Shown here: positions 29,983 to 39,855 of the stretch, one piece after another
Layout of the letters: the number at the start of each line of letters is the position of its first letter
Position numbering within the stretch: the first letter of the stretch is position 1
Source: Candidatus Hermodarchaeota archaeon
Lineage (GTDB): Archaea > Asgardarchaeota > Lokiarchaeia > Sigyniarchaeales > SOKP01
Length of the DNA: 64,000 nucleotides
Direction of reading: 5' to 3'
Assembly: GCA_048885525.1 (NCBI GenBank)
Contig: JBHLLP010000001.1
Location: 1-64,000 of the forward strand
The notes under the pieces: generated by a model
What the model was told of the DNA's origin: nothing
What the model saw: the letters and a program-made list of their open reading frames with translations, nothing else
Databases searched by the model: none
Made by a program: the position numbers and the translations under genes

Positions 29983-30657
29983 ATGCCATTAATTTTAATT
30001 TTGGTTGAATGTGGATTAGAATTAATACCCAAACAAATAAGGAGTCATCCTGCTGTAAAAAAAAATTTATCATCAAGTATCTATTCTTCACAACTGTTAG
30101 ATACTGCTTTACATTTTTCTGCAATGAAAAAATTAAAGAATTTTGAAAAGAGAGGTAGGCCAGATATTACCCATATTTGTTTACTAAATGCATTAGGATC
30201 TCCCCTGAACAAAAATGGAAATTTGCTTATATATATTCATACGATAAATAATAAGATTTTCAGATTTTCTCCAGAAATCAGAATCGCGAGAAATTATAAC
30301 AGGTTTAAAGGATTAATGGCTAAAATGTTAATAGATCGAGGTATAACAATAAACAATTCAAAATTAATAATTCCTTTTGACGGAACCCTAAAGGAACTTA
30401 TTGCTCAATTTAAAGATCCTAAAGTATTTTTGTTTTCAAGTAAGGGCAAGTTAATAGAAAGTTATAAAGATCTGTTTGTTGAAGATACATCAAAAAATTA
30501 TTTCGCATTTGTAGGAGGATTTCAAAAAAGTAGCTTCTCAAAAGACATTTTTACTCTTTCAGAAAATTTAATATCTATATCCGAACACCCATTAGATGCA
30601 TGGGTTACTGTTAATAGAATTATATCCTACTATGAACTTACTTATGGAATCCTTTAA
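29983..30657 (+). CDS. nep1: 16S rRNA pseudouridine-N1-methyltransferase Nep1/Emg1
   Basis: LLD...HF.AM..RGRPDITH..LL..SPLN, R.ARNYNRF.GLM, VGGF. Confidence 0.92.
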   Translation: MPLILILVECGLELIPKQIRSHPAVKKNLSSSIYSSQLLDTALHFSAMKKLKNFEKRGRPDITHICLLNALGSPLNKNGNLLIYIHTINNKIFRFSPEIRIARNYNRFKGLMAKMLIDRGITINNSKLIIPFDGTLKELIAQFKDPKVFLFSSKGKLIESYKDLFVEDTSKNYFAFVGGFQKSSFSKDIFTLSENLISISEHPLDAWVTVNRIISYYELTYGIL

Positions 30658-30720
30658 AATAGCTAAAGTTATAAGAAATGATATATTTAATATCTTACAC
30701 TTTATTTTAAATTTTTTTAA

Positions 30721-30792
30721 GCGCGATTAGTCTAGTGGTCAGGATCTCGGCCTTCCAAGCCGATGACCCGGGTTCAAATCCCGGATCGCGCA
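30721..30792 (+). tRNA. tRNA-Gly(TCC), intronless
   Basis: GCGCGAT/ATCGCGC acceptor, TCGGC-CTTCCAA-GCCGA anticodon arm, GGTTCAAATCC T arm. Confidence 0.95.
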
Positions 30793-30841
30793 TTTAGAAG
30801 TTTTTAGACTTAATTTATAAAAATTTTTAAATAAATAAATC

Positions 30842-30865
30842 TTCGTGAAAGGATGGTTTCACGAA
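30842..30865. promoter_or_regulatory. Perfect 9-bp inverted repeat (operator or hairpin)
   Basis: TTCGTGAAA-N6-TTTCACGAA. Confidence 0.4.
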
Positions 30866-30947
30866 TAATTATTTTTTTGATAAAAAATGAATTTTTTTTA
30901 TATTCCAAAAGGCAAAAAATTAAATTTACAAATTTGTATATTATAGT

Positions 30948-31023
30948 TGAAAAAACGCCTACTGAATACATTCCATTTCCATATTAGATCACTTCAAAAT
31001 TTGTATTAAAAGGCGTTTTTTCA
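30948..31023. repeat. 76-bp element bounded by 13-bp perfect inverted repeats
   Basis: TGAAAAAACGCCT ... AGGCGTTTTTTCA with inner AATACA/TGTATT. Confidence 0.5.
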
Positions 31024-31080
31024 CTTTCTTTGAATTTATTATAACATTCTTTCATTAATCTTAAATTCTTTATTTTATTA

Positions 31081-32247
31081 TTGACCAATACTAAAATATT
31101 AATCACTATAATGGTCAAATATATTTATAAAGAGTTTAAATCAGTTTTAAATAAATTAAAATATCCAGATTCATGGTTTTGGTCGCGGTATACTTTAAAT
31201 ACTTATTCAGGATGTGCTCATGCCTGTATATACTGTGATGCTCGAAGTGAAAGATATTACATAGAGGATTTCGAAAATGAAGTGATTATAAAGACTAATT
31301 TTGACAAAAAACTGGATCAAAGACTTAAGAGAGCTCGCACATTATTACCTGACGTAATCGCCCCTGGTGGAGTAAATGATGCTTACCAGCCAATTGAAAA
31401 AGAAATCAAGCAAACTAGAAAAGTCTTAGAAGTTATAGCAAAATATAAATTTCCCATTAATATCGCTACGAAGTCAAAACTAGTTACACGGGACATTGAT
31501 ATTCTTAAAAAAATTGCAGACGAAACATGGTGTACTATAGGATTTTCTATTTCAACTACAAATGAAGAATTAGCAAAATTCTTAGAACCTTATTCTTCTC
31601 CACCTTCGGAACGACTTGAAGCTTTAAAAAAGATAAAGAATGAAGCTCCTAATGTTCAAGTTGGAACATATTTCATCCCTATAATCCCCTTTTTAGAGGA
31701 TAATGATGAAAATTTAGAAGGTGTAATAAAAAAATCTAAAGAAGCCGGTGCTGATTTTATCTTATTTGCACCTGGCTTAACAATGAGGGATTCTCAAGCG
31801 GAATATTTTTTAAAAAAATTAAAAAATAGCAGTTATAATAATATTGTTAAACCATTACTTGAACTTTATAAAGGTCAAATGCACCCTCCTGCTGAATTTA
31901 CTCAAAAACTTAATACTAAACTATGGAATTTATGTCAAAAATGCAAAGTTAATATCCGAGTAAAACGTTGGATTCCTTCGGATTTCCGTAAGTGGAATTA
32001 TAAACTATCCGAATTACTCTTAAATAAAGAATATATAGATGCTCTAAAAACTGGTAAATCGAATAAAACTCTAATGTGGGCAGGTTTGAACCTAAATAAC
32101 CTAGAAGAATCGATATTGGATGTCTATGAGAGGGATGAATTGCTCACACTAAAAAGCTTTAATCCTAAAATAGTTAAAATTATTGAACCTTACCTAGAAA
32201 AAAGTAATGAAATAAAACAAAAAAAGGGGTTAGAAAAATTTCTATAA
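31081..32247 (+). CDS. SplB/Rv2578c-like radical SAM protein (putative DNA repair)
   Basis: NTYSGCAHACIYC, DAYQPIE, IATKS.LV.RD.D, EP....P..RL, PIIPF; likely start 31111. Confidence 0.82.
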   Translation: MTNTKILITIMVKYIYKEFKSVLNKLKYPDSWFWSRYTLNTYSGCAHACIYCDARSERYYIEDFENEVIIKTNFDKKLDQRLKRARTLLPDVIAPGGVNDAYQPIEKEIKQTRKVLEVIAKYKFPINIATKSKLVTRDIDILKKIADETWCTIGFSISTTNEELAKFLEPYSSPPSERLEALKKIKNEAPNVQVGTYFIPIIPFLEDNDENLEGVIKKSKEAGADFILFAPGLTMRDSQAEYFLKKLKNSSYNNIVKPLLELYKGQMHPPAEFTQKLNTKLWNLCQKCKVNIRVKRWIPSDFRKWNYKLSELLLNKEYIDALKTGKSNKTLMWAGLNLNNLEESILDVYERDELLTLKSFNPKIVKIIEPYLEKSNEIKQKKGLEKFL

Positions 32248-32279
32248 TCACAGAAATAACCCAAGAAATTCTAATAGAA

Positions 32280-32990
32280 TTGAAAATTACTGCTCCTAAA
32301 TTAACTTCCGAACAGATTATTCGAAGGAATAAAATAATAAATTCTAATAATCCAAAATTTTTTGGATATGGCCATAAGATTTCTGATATTGAAAAAATTA
32401 TAAAAATCATTCATATAAAATATCAATGTAGTTATGAGGATGCTCTAGTTATTTGTAAAAATTTAGTTAGCTCTAATGTTCTTGAGGAAAAATTTGCTGG
32501 CATATTTTTTCTCAATCACTTTAAAAGCAATTTTGATCATGAGATCATTGATATATTTGAACATCTGTTATCTAAATACTGTGATACATGGGCTTTTTGT
32601 GACAGCTTTTGTATTAGAGTTATTGGTCCTTTTCTCGGAAAAAAGAATAACCAGCAATTAGCTGAACAAACTATTGATAATTGGTCAAAATCTGAAAATC
32701 TTTGGGTTAGAAGGGCCTCAATGATAATTCTCATTAAAATTATTATGATAAATAAAGGATTTGCTGAAAATTATGTATTTCAGCTAGTAGAAAAAATGCT
32801 AAAATATACAGAAGATTATATACAAAAAGGTATTGGTTGGCTCCTAAAAACATGTTCAAAATATAACTCAGACATAATTTTCAAATACTTAATGAGTAAT
32901 AAAAAAAGATTCCCTCGCTTAATTCTTAGATATGCTAGCGAAAAATTACCCAAAGAAAAAAGAAAGCAAATATTAAATATTAAAAATTGA
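32280..32990 (+). CDS. AlkD-like DNA alkylation repair protein (HEAT repeats)
   Basis: W..CD, W..SENLWVRRA, DYIQKGIGWLLK, R..LRYA.EKL; frame extends upstream to ATT 32238 / ATA 32244. Confidence 0.85.
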   Translation: MKITAPKLTSEQIIRRNKIINSNNPKFFGYGHKISDIEKIIKIIHIKYQCSYEDALVICKNLVSSNVLEEKFAGIFFLNHFKSNFDHEIIDIFEHLLSKYCDTWAFCDSFCIRVIGPFLGKKNNQQLAEQTIDNWSKSENLWVRRASMIILIKIIMINKGFAENYVFQLVEKMLKYTEDYIQKGIGWLLKTCSKYNSDIIFKYLMSNKKRFPRLILRYASEKLPKEKRKQILNIKN

Positions 32991-33031
32991 TTAATTTTCC
33001 TTAGATCTGATACATTTCTAAAGAAAACACA

Positions 33032-35224
33032 ATGAAATCGAATGTAAGAATAAAATTAAGAATTTTAATTACTTTAGGAATTATTTTCATTTTTTCAACA
33101 AAAATCGACAATTATTTCAATTTTAGTTCGGGAAATAGTGATAAAAGTTCAGAATATAGTGATGAAATTAACTCAGATAATGAAAATTTGAAAATCTCAA
33201 AACTATCAGGAAAAATTCATATTGATAATAATTGGACTGATGCTGAAACTGCTGGAATATGTAATGGCTCAGGCACTTATTCAGATCCTTATATCATAAA
33301 GGATTTGGTAATAGATGGGGGTGGTTCAGGAGATTGCATAAGGATTGAAAATTCTAATGTATACTTTAGGATTGATAATTGTACAGTTTATAATTCTGGT
33401 GATGATGCAGGAATCCGATTATCACATGTTAATAATTCCCAATTAATTAATAACAATTGCTCATCTAATTATGTTGGAATATCTTTAATGAATAGTAATA
33501 ACAATACCATTTCGCGAAACTCCGCAAACAATACGTCTTTTGGGCTATACTTATATTATAGCAATAATAATCTCATTTCGGGAAATACAGCAAATAATAA
33601 TGGAGATGACGCTATACTCTTATTTTATAGTGATAAAAACAACATTTCGGAAAATATCGTAACTAAAAATTATTATGCGATATATTTAATTAATAGTATT
33701 AATAATATCGTTTCGGGAAACACTGCTAGTTATAATACCTGGTATGGGATAAGATTATATAATAGTAATAATAACAATATTTCGGGAAATAAAGCAAATA
33801 ATAATAGCTATGGGATCTATTTGTATAATAGTAACAATAACAATATTTCGGGAAATAACGCAAATAATAATAACTATGGGATCTATTTAGTGTTTAGTTC
33901 TAATACCGAGATTTCAGGAAACATCGCAAATAACAATGAGTATGGAAAATATTTACAAAGTAGCGATAATAATATAATCTCGGGAAACACTGCTAATATA
34001 AATCATTTAAATGGGATATATTTATCTGATAGTGATAATAATGACATTTCGGGAAACACCGCAAATAACAACTACAAATTTGGGATATATTTAGGTGGTA
34101 ATAATAATACAGTTTCAGGAAATACAATGAATGAATGTGGGATAGGAGTAACCGGATCTTCTTATGATTTAGTTCATCTAGATGCTACGAATCTAGTAAA
34201 TGGAAAACCTGTATATTATTACATTAATGAAGTAAATCTAGGGCCAAATAATTTTACGAATGCCGGGCAAGTTATATTGGTTAACTGTAATGATTCATTA
34301 ATATCAAGCTTAAAAACCTCTTACAGTTCTAGTGGAATTTCATTATATTCTTGTACTTACAATACCATCTTGGGAAATACTGCTGATAATAACAATTTAA
34401 ATGGGATTTATTTGTCTGATGGTAATAATAATGATATTTCGGGAAACACCGCAAATAACAACTATGAATTTGGGATATATTCAAGTGGTAATAATAACAC
34501 AGTTTCAGGAAACACCGCAAATAACAACTATGAATTTGGGATATATTCAAGTGGTAATAATAACACAGTTTCAGGAAATATTGCAAACAACAATTATAAT
34601 GGGATATATTTATATAAGTATCGTGATAGCAATATCTCGGGAAATACTGCAAATAATAATAGTTATGGGATCTATTTAAGAGAAAGTGATAGAAATTATA
34701 TTACGAGAAACACCGCGAATAACAATAGATATGGGATATATTTATCTGACAGTATTAATAATGAAATTTCGGGAAACACTGCATATTTTAATGAGTATGG
34801 AATATGTGTATCTTTAAGTCCTGCAAATAATGTTTACATCAATAATTTCGCAGACAATAATAGAAATCTTTTTTCTCATGAATCATCAAATATATGGAAT
34901 TCGCCAAAAAAAATAATCTACACATATAAAGGAAAAAATTACACGAATTTCCTCGGCAATTATTGGGATAATTACACAGGAAATGATGCAAATAATGATG
35001 GAATTGGAGATACTCCTTTCTTCATAAATGGAGATATTGATAAATATCCGTTGATGGAATGCATTGAGAATTATAAAATTATTGAAATGATTGAATTCTC
35101 TGTCGAGGGAATTCCAGGATATAATGTATTCTTTCTACTTGGCATTATCCTAGTTGCCTTAATCCTTATATGTAAAAAAATAAAGAAACATTTCTCTATA
35201 TTTTTGCTCAAATTTATTTCATAA
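33032..35224 (+). CDS. Secreted NosD/right-handed beta-helix surface protein with Loki-CTERM-like anchor
   Basis: N-terminal signal, GSGT.SDPYII, many N.ISGN.ANNN.YGIYL repeats, GNYWDNY.G.D.N.DGIGDTP, C-terminal IPGYN + TM + KKIKK. Confidence 0.85.
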   Translation: MKSNVRIKLRILITLGIIFIFSTKIDNYFNFSSGNSDKSSEYSDEINSDNENLKISKLSGKIHIDNNWTDAETAGICNGSGTYSDPYIIKDLVIDGGGSGDCIRIENSNVYFRIDNCTVYNSGDDAGIRLSHVNNSQLINNNCSSNYVGISLMNSNNNTISRNSANNTSFGLYLYYSNNNLISGNTANNNGDDAILLFYSDKNNISENIVTKNYYAIYLINSINNIVSGNTASYNTWYGIRLYNSNNNNISGNKANNNSYGIYLYNSNNNNISGNNANNNNYGIYLVFSSNTEISGNIANNNEYGKYLQSSDNNIISGNTANINHLNGIYLSDSDNNDISGNTANNNYKFGIYLGGNNNTVSGNTMNECGIGVTGSSYDLVHLDATNLVNGKPVYYYINEVNLGPNNFTNAGQVILVNCNDSLISSLKTSYSSSGISLYSCTYNTILGNTADNNNLNGIYLSDGNNNDISGNTANNNYEFGIYSSGNNNTVSGNTANNNYEFGIYSSGNNNTVSGNIANNNYNGIYLYKYRDSNISGNTANNNSYGIYLRESDRNYITRNTANNNRYGIYLSDSINNEISGNTAYFNEYGICVSLSPANNVYINNFADNNRNLFSHESSNIWNSPKKIIYTYKGKNYTNFLGNYWDNYTGNDANNDGIGDTPFFINGDIDKYPLMECIENYKIIEMIEFSVEGIPGYNVFFLLGIILVALILICKKIKKHFSIFLLKFIS
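34442..34573 (+). repeat. Exact 2 x 66-bp tandem duplication within the beta-helix gene
   Basis: 34442-34507 is identical to 34508-34573 (one 22-aa coil). Confidence 0.9.
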
Positions 35225-35311
35225 TTTATCGAATATTTAGCATCTGTAAGATTCAAATTTCAAATTATCCTTTTAAAGATTAACTATTATAAAGTTTTTG
35301 ATTTACACCTA

Positions 35312-35752
35312 TCATAATACTATTGTAGTAATATTTAGATCTACAGCTCTCACTATCCAACTACCTATTGACGGGAAAATTACAGGCACAGTACAATTAT
35401 AGTAGGTTACAATAAATTCACAGAGCCCATAATTTCTTTCAATTGCCCATAAATTAATATCTACAATTCGAGATACATTATTGATATTGGCTCCTTGAGA
35501 ATAGGGTTGGTGACAAGTATCTGGTAAGGCATATTCTACAGTAACGTTTATCTCTACTCCCTTAAATGGAATCCCATCAATGATTATGTTTTCAACATCT
35601 CTCACTGGATAAATATCATATCTATGTGTCAAAGTCCATAGATAATCAATAAAAAACACAACAATAGGAGTTAGAATGAGTAATAAACAAGTACATAGAG
35701 ATAAAATTTTAAGAATTTTTGAAGTTTTAATTTCAGAATACCACTTTTTTAT
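35312..35752 (-). CDS. Membrane-anchored hypothetical protein (probable ATA start)
   Basis: Frame open upstream of the track start to ATA 35752, which follows AGAGGA; this adds a basic + hydrophobic N-terminal anchor (KKWYSEIKTSKILKILSLCTCLLLILTPIVVFFI). Confidence 0.6.
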   Translation of the reverse strand: MKKWYSEIKTSKILKILSLCTCLLLILTPIVVFFIDYLWTLTHRYDIYPVRDVENIIIDGIPFKGVEINVTVEYALPDTCHQPYSQGANINNVSRIVDINLWAIERNYGLCEFIVTYYNCTVPVIFPSIGSWIVRAVDLNITTIVL

Positions 35753-36003
35753 TTAAGTCCTCTAAAAATTCATTAGGCTAAGATTATTTATAAATCTAAT
35801 TTTATAATTCTTAATTTTTCGATAAATCTGTTTTTCTAAGTTTATAGTCTATTCATTCTGAAAAAAAGCTTAATAATTAATTTTAAAAAGTGGAGGAATC
35901 ATAGGAAAAAACTTTATATGATATTTTTTCCTTTTTAAATTACGAATTTTGTTATTTTGAAAACTTAAATGTTTTATTAAATAATAATTCTAAATAACGC
36001 CAA

Positions 36004-36144
36004 GCCAAGGTGGCGTAGCCCGGTGTCAGAAGACGTTGGAACTTTCCCGATGACGGGTAGGAACGCACTAGACTGAAGATCTAGGTATCGAGAGTTCAAA
36101 AATAAACCCCTTTTCGAGCTTTATAGAAATTCTCTCCCTTGGCA
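36004..36144 (+). tRNA. tRNA-Phe(GAA) with two non-canonical introns (D-loop 36024-36060; T-loop 59/60, 36101-36130)
   Basis: Removing both BHB-bounded introns gives a 74-nt cloverleaf GCCAAGG..CTAGA-CTGAAGA-TCTAG..GAGAG-TTCAAAT-CTCTC-CCTTGGC-A. Confidence 0.9.
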
Positions 36145-36194
36145 CACATACTTTCTATTTTCTAATAAATATTTAATAAAGACTCTTAATTTAA

Positions 36195-37400
36195 ATGCTT
36201 AGATTCAAAATGAAATATGATTTTGATAGAGTTATTGAACGTTCTGGTACTTTCTCAGTCAAATGGGATAAATATTTTCTTAAAGAGCAATTTAAATCTG
36301 AAGAGGTTTTACCTCTATGGGTTGCGGATATGGATTTCCAATGTCCTCAACCTGTTATTGATGCATTAAAAAGAAGAGCTGAGCAAGAAATTTATGGTTA
36401 TAGCTGGCATAAAACTCCTACATATTTAAATGCTGTTTCAAATTGGATGAAAAGAAGACATAAATGGAAAACAGATAATGAGTGGATAGTATTTAGTCCT
36501 GGAATTGTTCCAGCAATTAAAATGTTAGTCCAAACTTTTACAAATGTTGGTGAGAAAGTAATCATCCAACCACCAGTGTATTACCCTTTTTTTACAGCGA
36601 TAGAAAATAATGGACGTAGACTGTTAAGCAATCAATTGCATTATGAGAATAAGAGATATACTTTTGATTTCGAAGATTTTGAAGAGAAAGCTAAGGATCC
36701 ATTAACTAAGATGTTTATTCTCTGTAGTCCTCATAACCCTGTAGGACGTGTTTGGACTGGAAAAGAACTTAGAAGGCTTGGAGATATATGCATAGAAAAT
36801 GATGTTTTAGTAATTTCAGACGAAATTCACCATGATTTGATCCTTTCGGGATTTAAACATACTCTCTTCTCTACAATATCAGAAGATTTTGAGAGGAATA
36901 CGATTATGTGTACCGCTCCTAGTAAAACATTTAATATTGCTGGTTTAAATACCTCTAATATAATCATCCCGGACGAGAAATTGAGAGAGTCATTCATAAA
37001 TACAATATCCAATAGGAATAGTGTTATGAGCCCTAATGCTTTTGGTATTGTTGCATTAATTGCTGCCTACAATGAAGGAGAAGATTGGTTAAATCAAGTT
37101 TTGAATTATATTGAAACAAATTTTAGATTTTTAAAACAATTCATTCAAGACTTACTGCCCGATGTTGATTTTATTGATCCAGAGGGGACTTATCTAGCTT
37201 GGTTAGATTGCAATAAATTAGGTATGAATGATGAAGAACTTAGTAATTTTATGTTGAAAAAAGCAAAAGTTGCATTAGATGATGGAAAAATATTCGGCCC
37301 TGGTGGAGAAGGGTTTGAGCGAATAAATGTAGCATGTCCACAATCTATTTTAAAAGAGTGTATGAATCGTATAGTTAATGCATTAAATGAAAAAAAATAA
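36195..37400 (+). CDS. MalY/PatB family PLP-dependent C-S lyase (cystathionine beta-lyase)
   Basis: SVKWD, LWVADMDF, CSPHNPVGRVW, SDEIHHD, APSKTFNIAGL, EGTYLAWLD, RINVAC. Confidence 0.92.
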   Translation: MLRFKMKYDFDRVIERSGTFSVKWDKYFLKEQFKSEEVLPLWVADMDFQCPQPVIDALKRRAEQEIYGYSWHKTPTYLNAVSNWMKRRHKWKTDNEWIVFSPGIVPAIKMLVQTFTNVGEKVIIQPPVYYPFFTAIENNGRRLLSNQLHYENKRYTFDFEDFEEKAKDPLTKMFILCSPHNPVGRVWTGKELRRLGDICIENDVLVISDEIHHDLILSGFKHTLFSTISEDFERNTIMCTAPSKTFNIAGLNTSNIIIPDEKLRESFINTISNRNSVMSPNAFGIVALIAAYNEGEDWLNQVLNYIETNFRFLKQFIQDLLPDVDFIDPEGTYLAWLDCNKLGMNDEELSNFMLKKAKVALDDGKIFGPGGEGFERINVACPQSILKECMNRIVNALNEKK

Positions 37401-37430
37401 TAATTTCTCTCTTAATCACTTTTATTGAGA

Positions 37431-37958
37431 TCAATAAACTAATGGGTTTTGACTTCTTCTCGAGTCTCTATTAATAAAAATCCTAAATTTTTCGTTATTT
37501 TCATCTATAAATTCCCAAAATTCATTATATATATCTTCAAGAGTCATATTTTTTCGATGTGAATTAGATCTTTGATTTTTTAGTTTATTTTGTATTTTAG
37601 TTGAAATTTCTTTTAGTTTATATTCAAGATAATTACCTTCCAAGATTAAATTTTCAAAAAGCTCGATATCATCTTGTTTGAGGTTATTAAAATCGGATTT
37701 TTTTTCATGAATTGACCTATTTTCAAATTCAAAATCTACTTTCTGATACCCTCGAACTTGAAAATTTTTATCCACAAAAGCTTGGAATTGATGATTGCAG
37801 ACTAATCCCTTTGCTATTGACATTGTAGTTAACTGTTTTGCCTCAGCAATGACAGAATTAGGAACTTTTAATGATTTTTTTGATTTACATACTGGGCATA
37901 TAAATTCAACTTTCGATCTATTGATATTTACATTCCTCTTAATTTCTGTAACTGCCAT
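37431..37958 (-). CDS. Zinc-finger hypothetical protein
   Basis: CPVC..KGLVCNHQFQAFVDKNFQVRGYQKVDFE putative CxxC/CxH module. Confidence 0.6.
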   Translation of the reverse strand: MAVTEIKRNVNINRSKVEFICPVCKSKKSLKVPNSVIAEAKQLTTMSIAKGLVCNHQFQAFVDKNFQVRGYQKVDFEFENRSIHEKKSDFNNLKQDDIELFENLILEGNYLEYKLKEISTKIQNKLKNQRSNSHRKNMTLEDIYNEFWEFIDENNEKFRIFINRDSRRSQNPLVY

Positions 37959-38078
37959 TATAACACCTTCTTGAAATTATCTAAAATTAACAATAAAAAC
38001 CCCATTTATTTCATAATGAAAAGAATGAGATTTAAGGAGAGGGAGATTTCTTATTAAGTAATTTATAGATTATCTTTA

Positions 38079-38591
38079 TTAGGTATTATTAGGATCAAAT
38101 TTAATATTCATATTATTTTCATCTAATTCAAAGTATATCTCTAAATTTGAAACTAAATCGCTTTCAATTTTGAAATAATGTGAACCCTTGGTAAAATTCT
38201 TTAATGTCTCAACATCTAATTGTATTAAGAGACTAAGAGTATCGTTTAAATTAATAGTTCTACCACTTAATTTACCTTCTATAATATCATTTATATTAAA
38301 GGATTCTCCTTTATGATAGACCAATAAGTGATTTTTTATAGTATCTAAATTTACATTTTCTTTAGAGAAATTTAACTTTATATCATCTAAGTAAAATTCT
38401 CCATATTTAGATAGATCTAGTGCATTTTGATCAAACTTTTTAATATTGAAATCTCCAATTTCTATTTCATCAGGAATTACAAATGGTATAAGTAGATTTA
38501 TAAATCTTATTTGAATTGAATCAGTTTTACCGTCACCATCAGTATCTACGGTAAAGACACTCTTATTTGGCGGAAAGATCTTCTTTATCAA
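38079..38591 (-). CDS. Hypothetical protein with DxDxDG loop
   Basis: VDTDGDGKTD Ca-binding-like motif. Confidence 0.55.
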   Translation of the reverse strand: MIKKIFPPNKSVFTVDTDGDGKTDSIQIRFINLLIPFVIPDEIEIGDFNIKKFDQNALDLSKYGEFYLDDIKLNFSKENVNLDTIKNHLLVYHKGESFNINDIIEGKLSGRTINLNDTLSLLIQLDVETLKNFTKGSHYFKIESDLVSNLEIYFELDENNMNIKFDPNNT

Positions 38592-38669
38592 AACTTTAAA
38601 AGCAGATAAATCATAAGAGATAATTAATCAACCTACTAACTTTTTATGAATTTAAATATATTCAGAATA

Positions 38670-39695
38670 TTAATATTTTTCTACTTCAGAAATCTTTACA
38701 GGACGATTCTCTTCAAATGATTTCTGAGCAGCTAATGCTACTAGAACATTTTGTAACCCATCTTCTCCGTTTGGCTTAGGTTCTTTATTTTTCCGTAAAT
38801 TATCAAAAAAAGTTTTCAATTCAGTTAAATATGACTCCATATATCGTTCCATGAAAAAATATGGGATTTTGTCAATATTGGTACATTCAGCAGTATAAAT
38901 ACGTACAGTATTAGTAGCCTCATTATCCGCTACTACACATCCTTTCGAACCAAACACCTCAACGCGTTGATCATATCCATACACTGCTTGACGAGTATTA
39001 TCAATTACTCCCATTGCCCCATTTTTAAATTTTAAAACAGCCACAGCAGTATCTATATCTCCCGCTTTCCCAATTTCAGGATCAATAAGTACAGCTCCAG
39101 TTGCATAGACTTCTTCCACTTCACTCCCTGCTTGGAATCTTGCCATGTCCCAATCATGAATAGTCATATCAAGAAAAATACCTCCTGATACTTTTATATA
39201 CTCTATTGGAGGAGGAGCGGGATCTCGAGAAGTAATTTTAATAATTTGAGGTTCTCCTATTTGACCAGAAGCAACTGATTCACGGCATCTCATAAAATTA
39301 CGATCAAAACGTCGATTAAACCCCACCATGAGTTTTACCCCTGTTTTTTTTACAATAGATAGTGTTTCTTTAATTCGTTTTATGTCCGTATCAAGAGGTT
39401 TCTCACAAAAGACTTGTTTTTTTGCTTTGGCAGCCTCCTGAATAAAATTTGCATGTGTATCCGTAGGTGAGCAAATTACTACTATCTCAATTTCAGGATC
39501 ATTAAAAATTTCATAAGCATCTGTAGTGAGTTTCAGTATGCCATTTTCTTCTGCCCATTGTCGCAATTCATTATTTATATTCACATCAGCTACAATTTTT
39601 AAATTAACATCAGATATTTTACGTAATAGATTTTCAATATGTATTTTTCCAATTCTACCCGCTCCAATTACTCCAACTGTAAACTTTTTCAGCAT
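38670..39695 (-). CDS. iolG: myo-Inositol 2-dehydrogenase (Gfo/Idh/MocA)
   Basis: GAGRIGKIH, CEKP, GFNRRFD, TSRDP.PPP..YIKVSGGIFLDMTIHD, YGYDQRVEVFG. Confidence 0.92.
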   Translation of the reverse strand: MLKKFTVGVIGAGRIGKIHIENLLRKISDVNLKIVADVNINNELRQWAEENGILKLTTDAYEIFNDPEIEIVVICSPTDTHANFIQEAAKAKKQVFCEKPLDTDIKRIKETLSIVKKTGVKLMVGFNRRFDRNFMRCRESVASGQIGEPQIIKITSRDPAPPPIEYIKVSGGIFLDMTIHDWDMARFQAGSEVEEVYATGAVLIDPEIGKAGDIDTAVAVLKFKNGAMGVIDNTRQAVYGYDQRVEVFGSKGCVVADNEATNTVRIYTAECTNIDKIPYFFMERYMESYLTELKTFFDNLRKNKEPKPNGEDGLQNVLVALAAQKSFEENRPVKISEVEKY

Positions 39696-39855
39696 ATTAT
39701 ATCACATTTGAGCTTTTATTATTTAAATTTTAGAAAATTGAAAAAGACATCTAAATACGAAATTTATTTAAAGTGAAATATCAAATATATAATCACATTT
39801 AATTTTAGTATTTCAAATTAAAAAAAGATGGTTTTAAAATAAATTTCTATAAGAA

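Noticed and set aside
34006-34512. DGR template/variable repeat pair in the beta-helix gene
   Set aside because: Differences are not adenine-specific and there is no reverse transcriptase nearby
31081-35752. Integrated mobile element between tRNA-Gly and tRNA-Phe
   Set aside because: No integrase or transposase, and no duplicated tRNA 3' end (att site) was found
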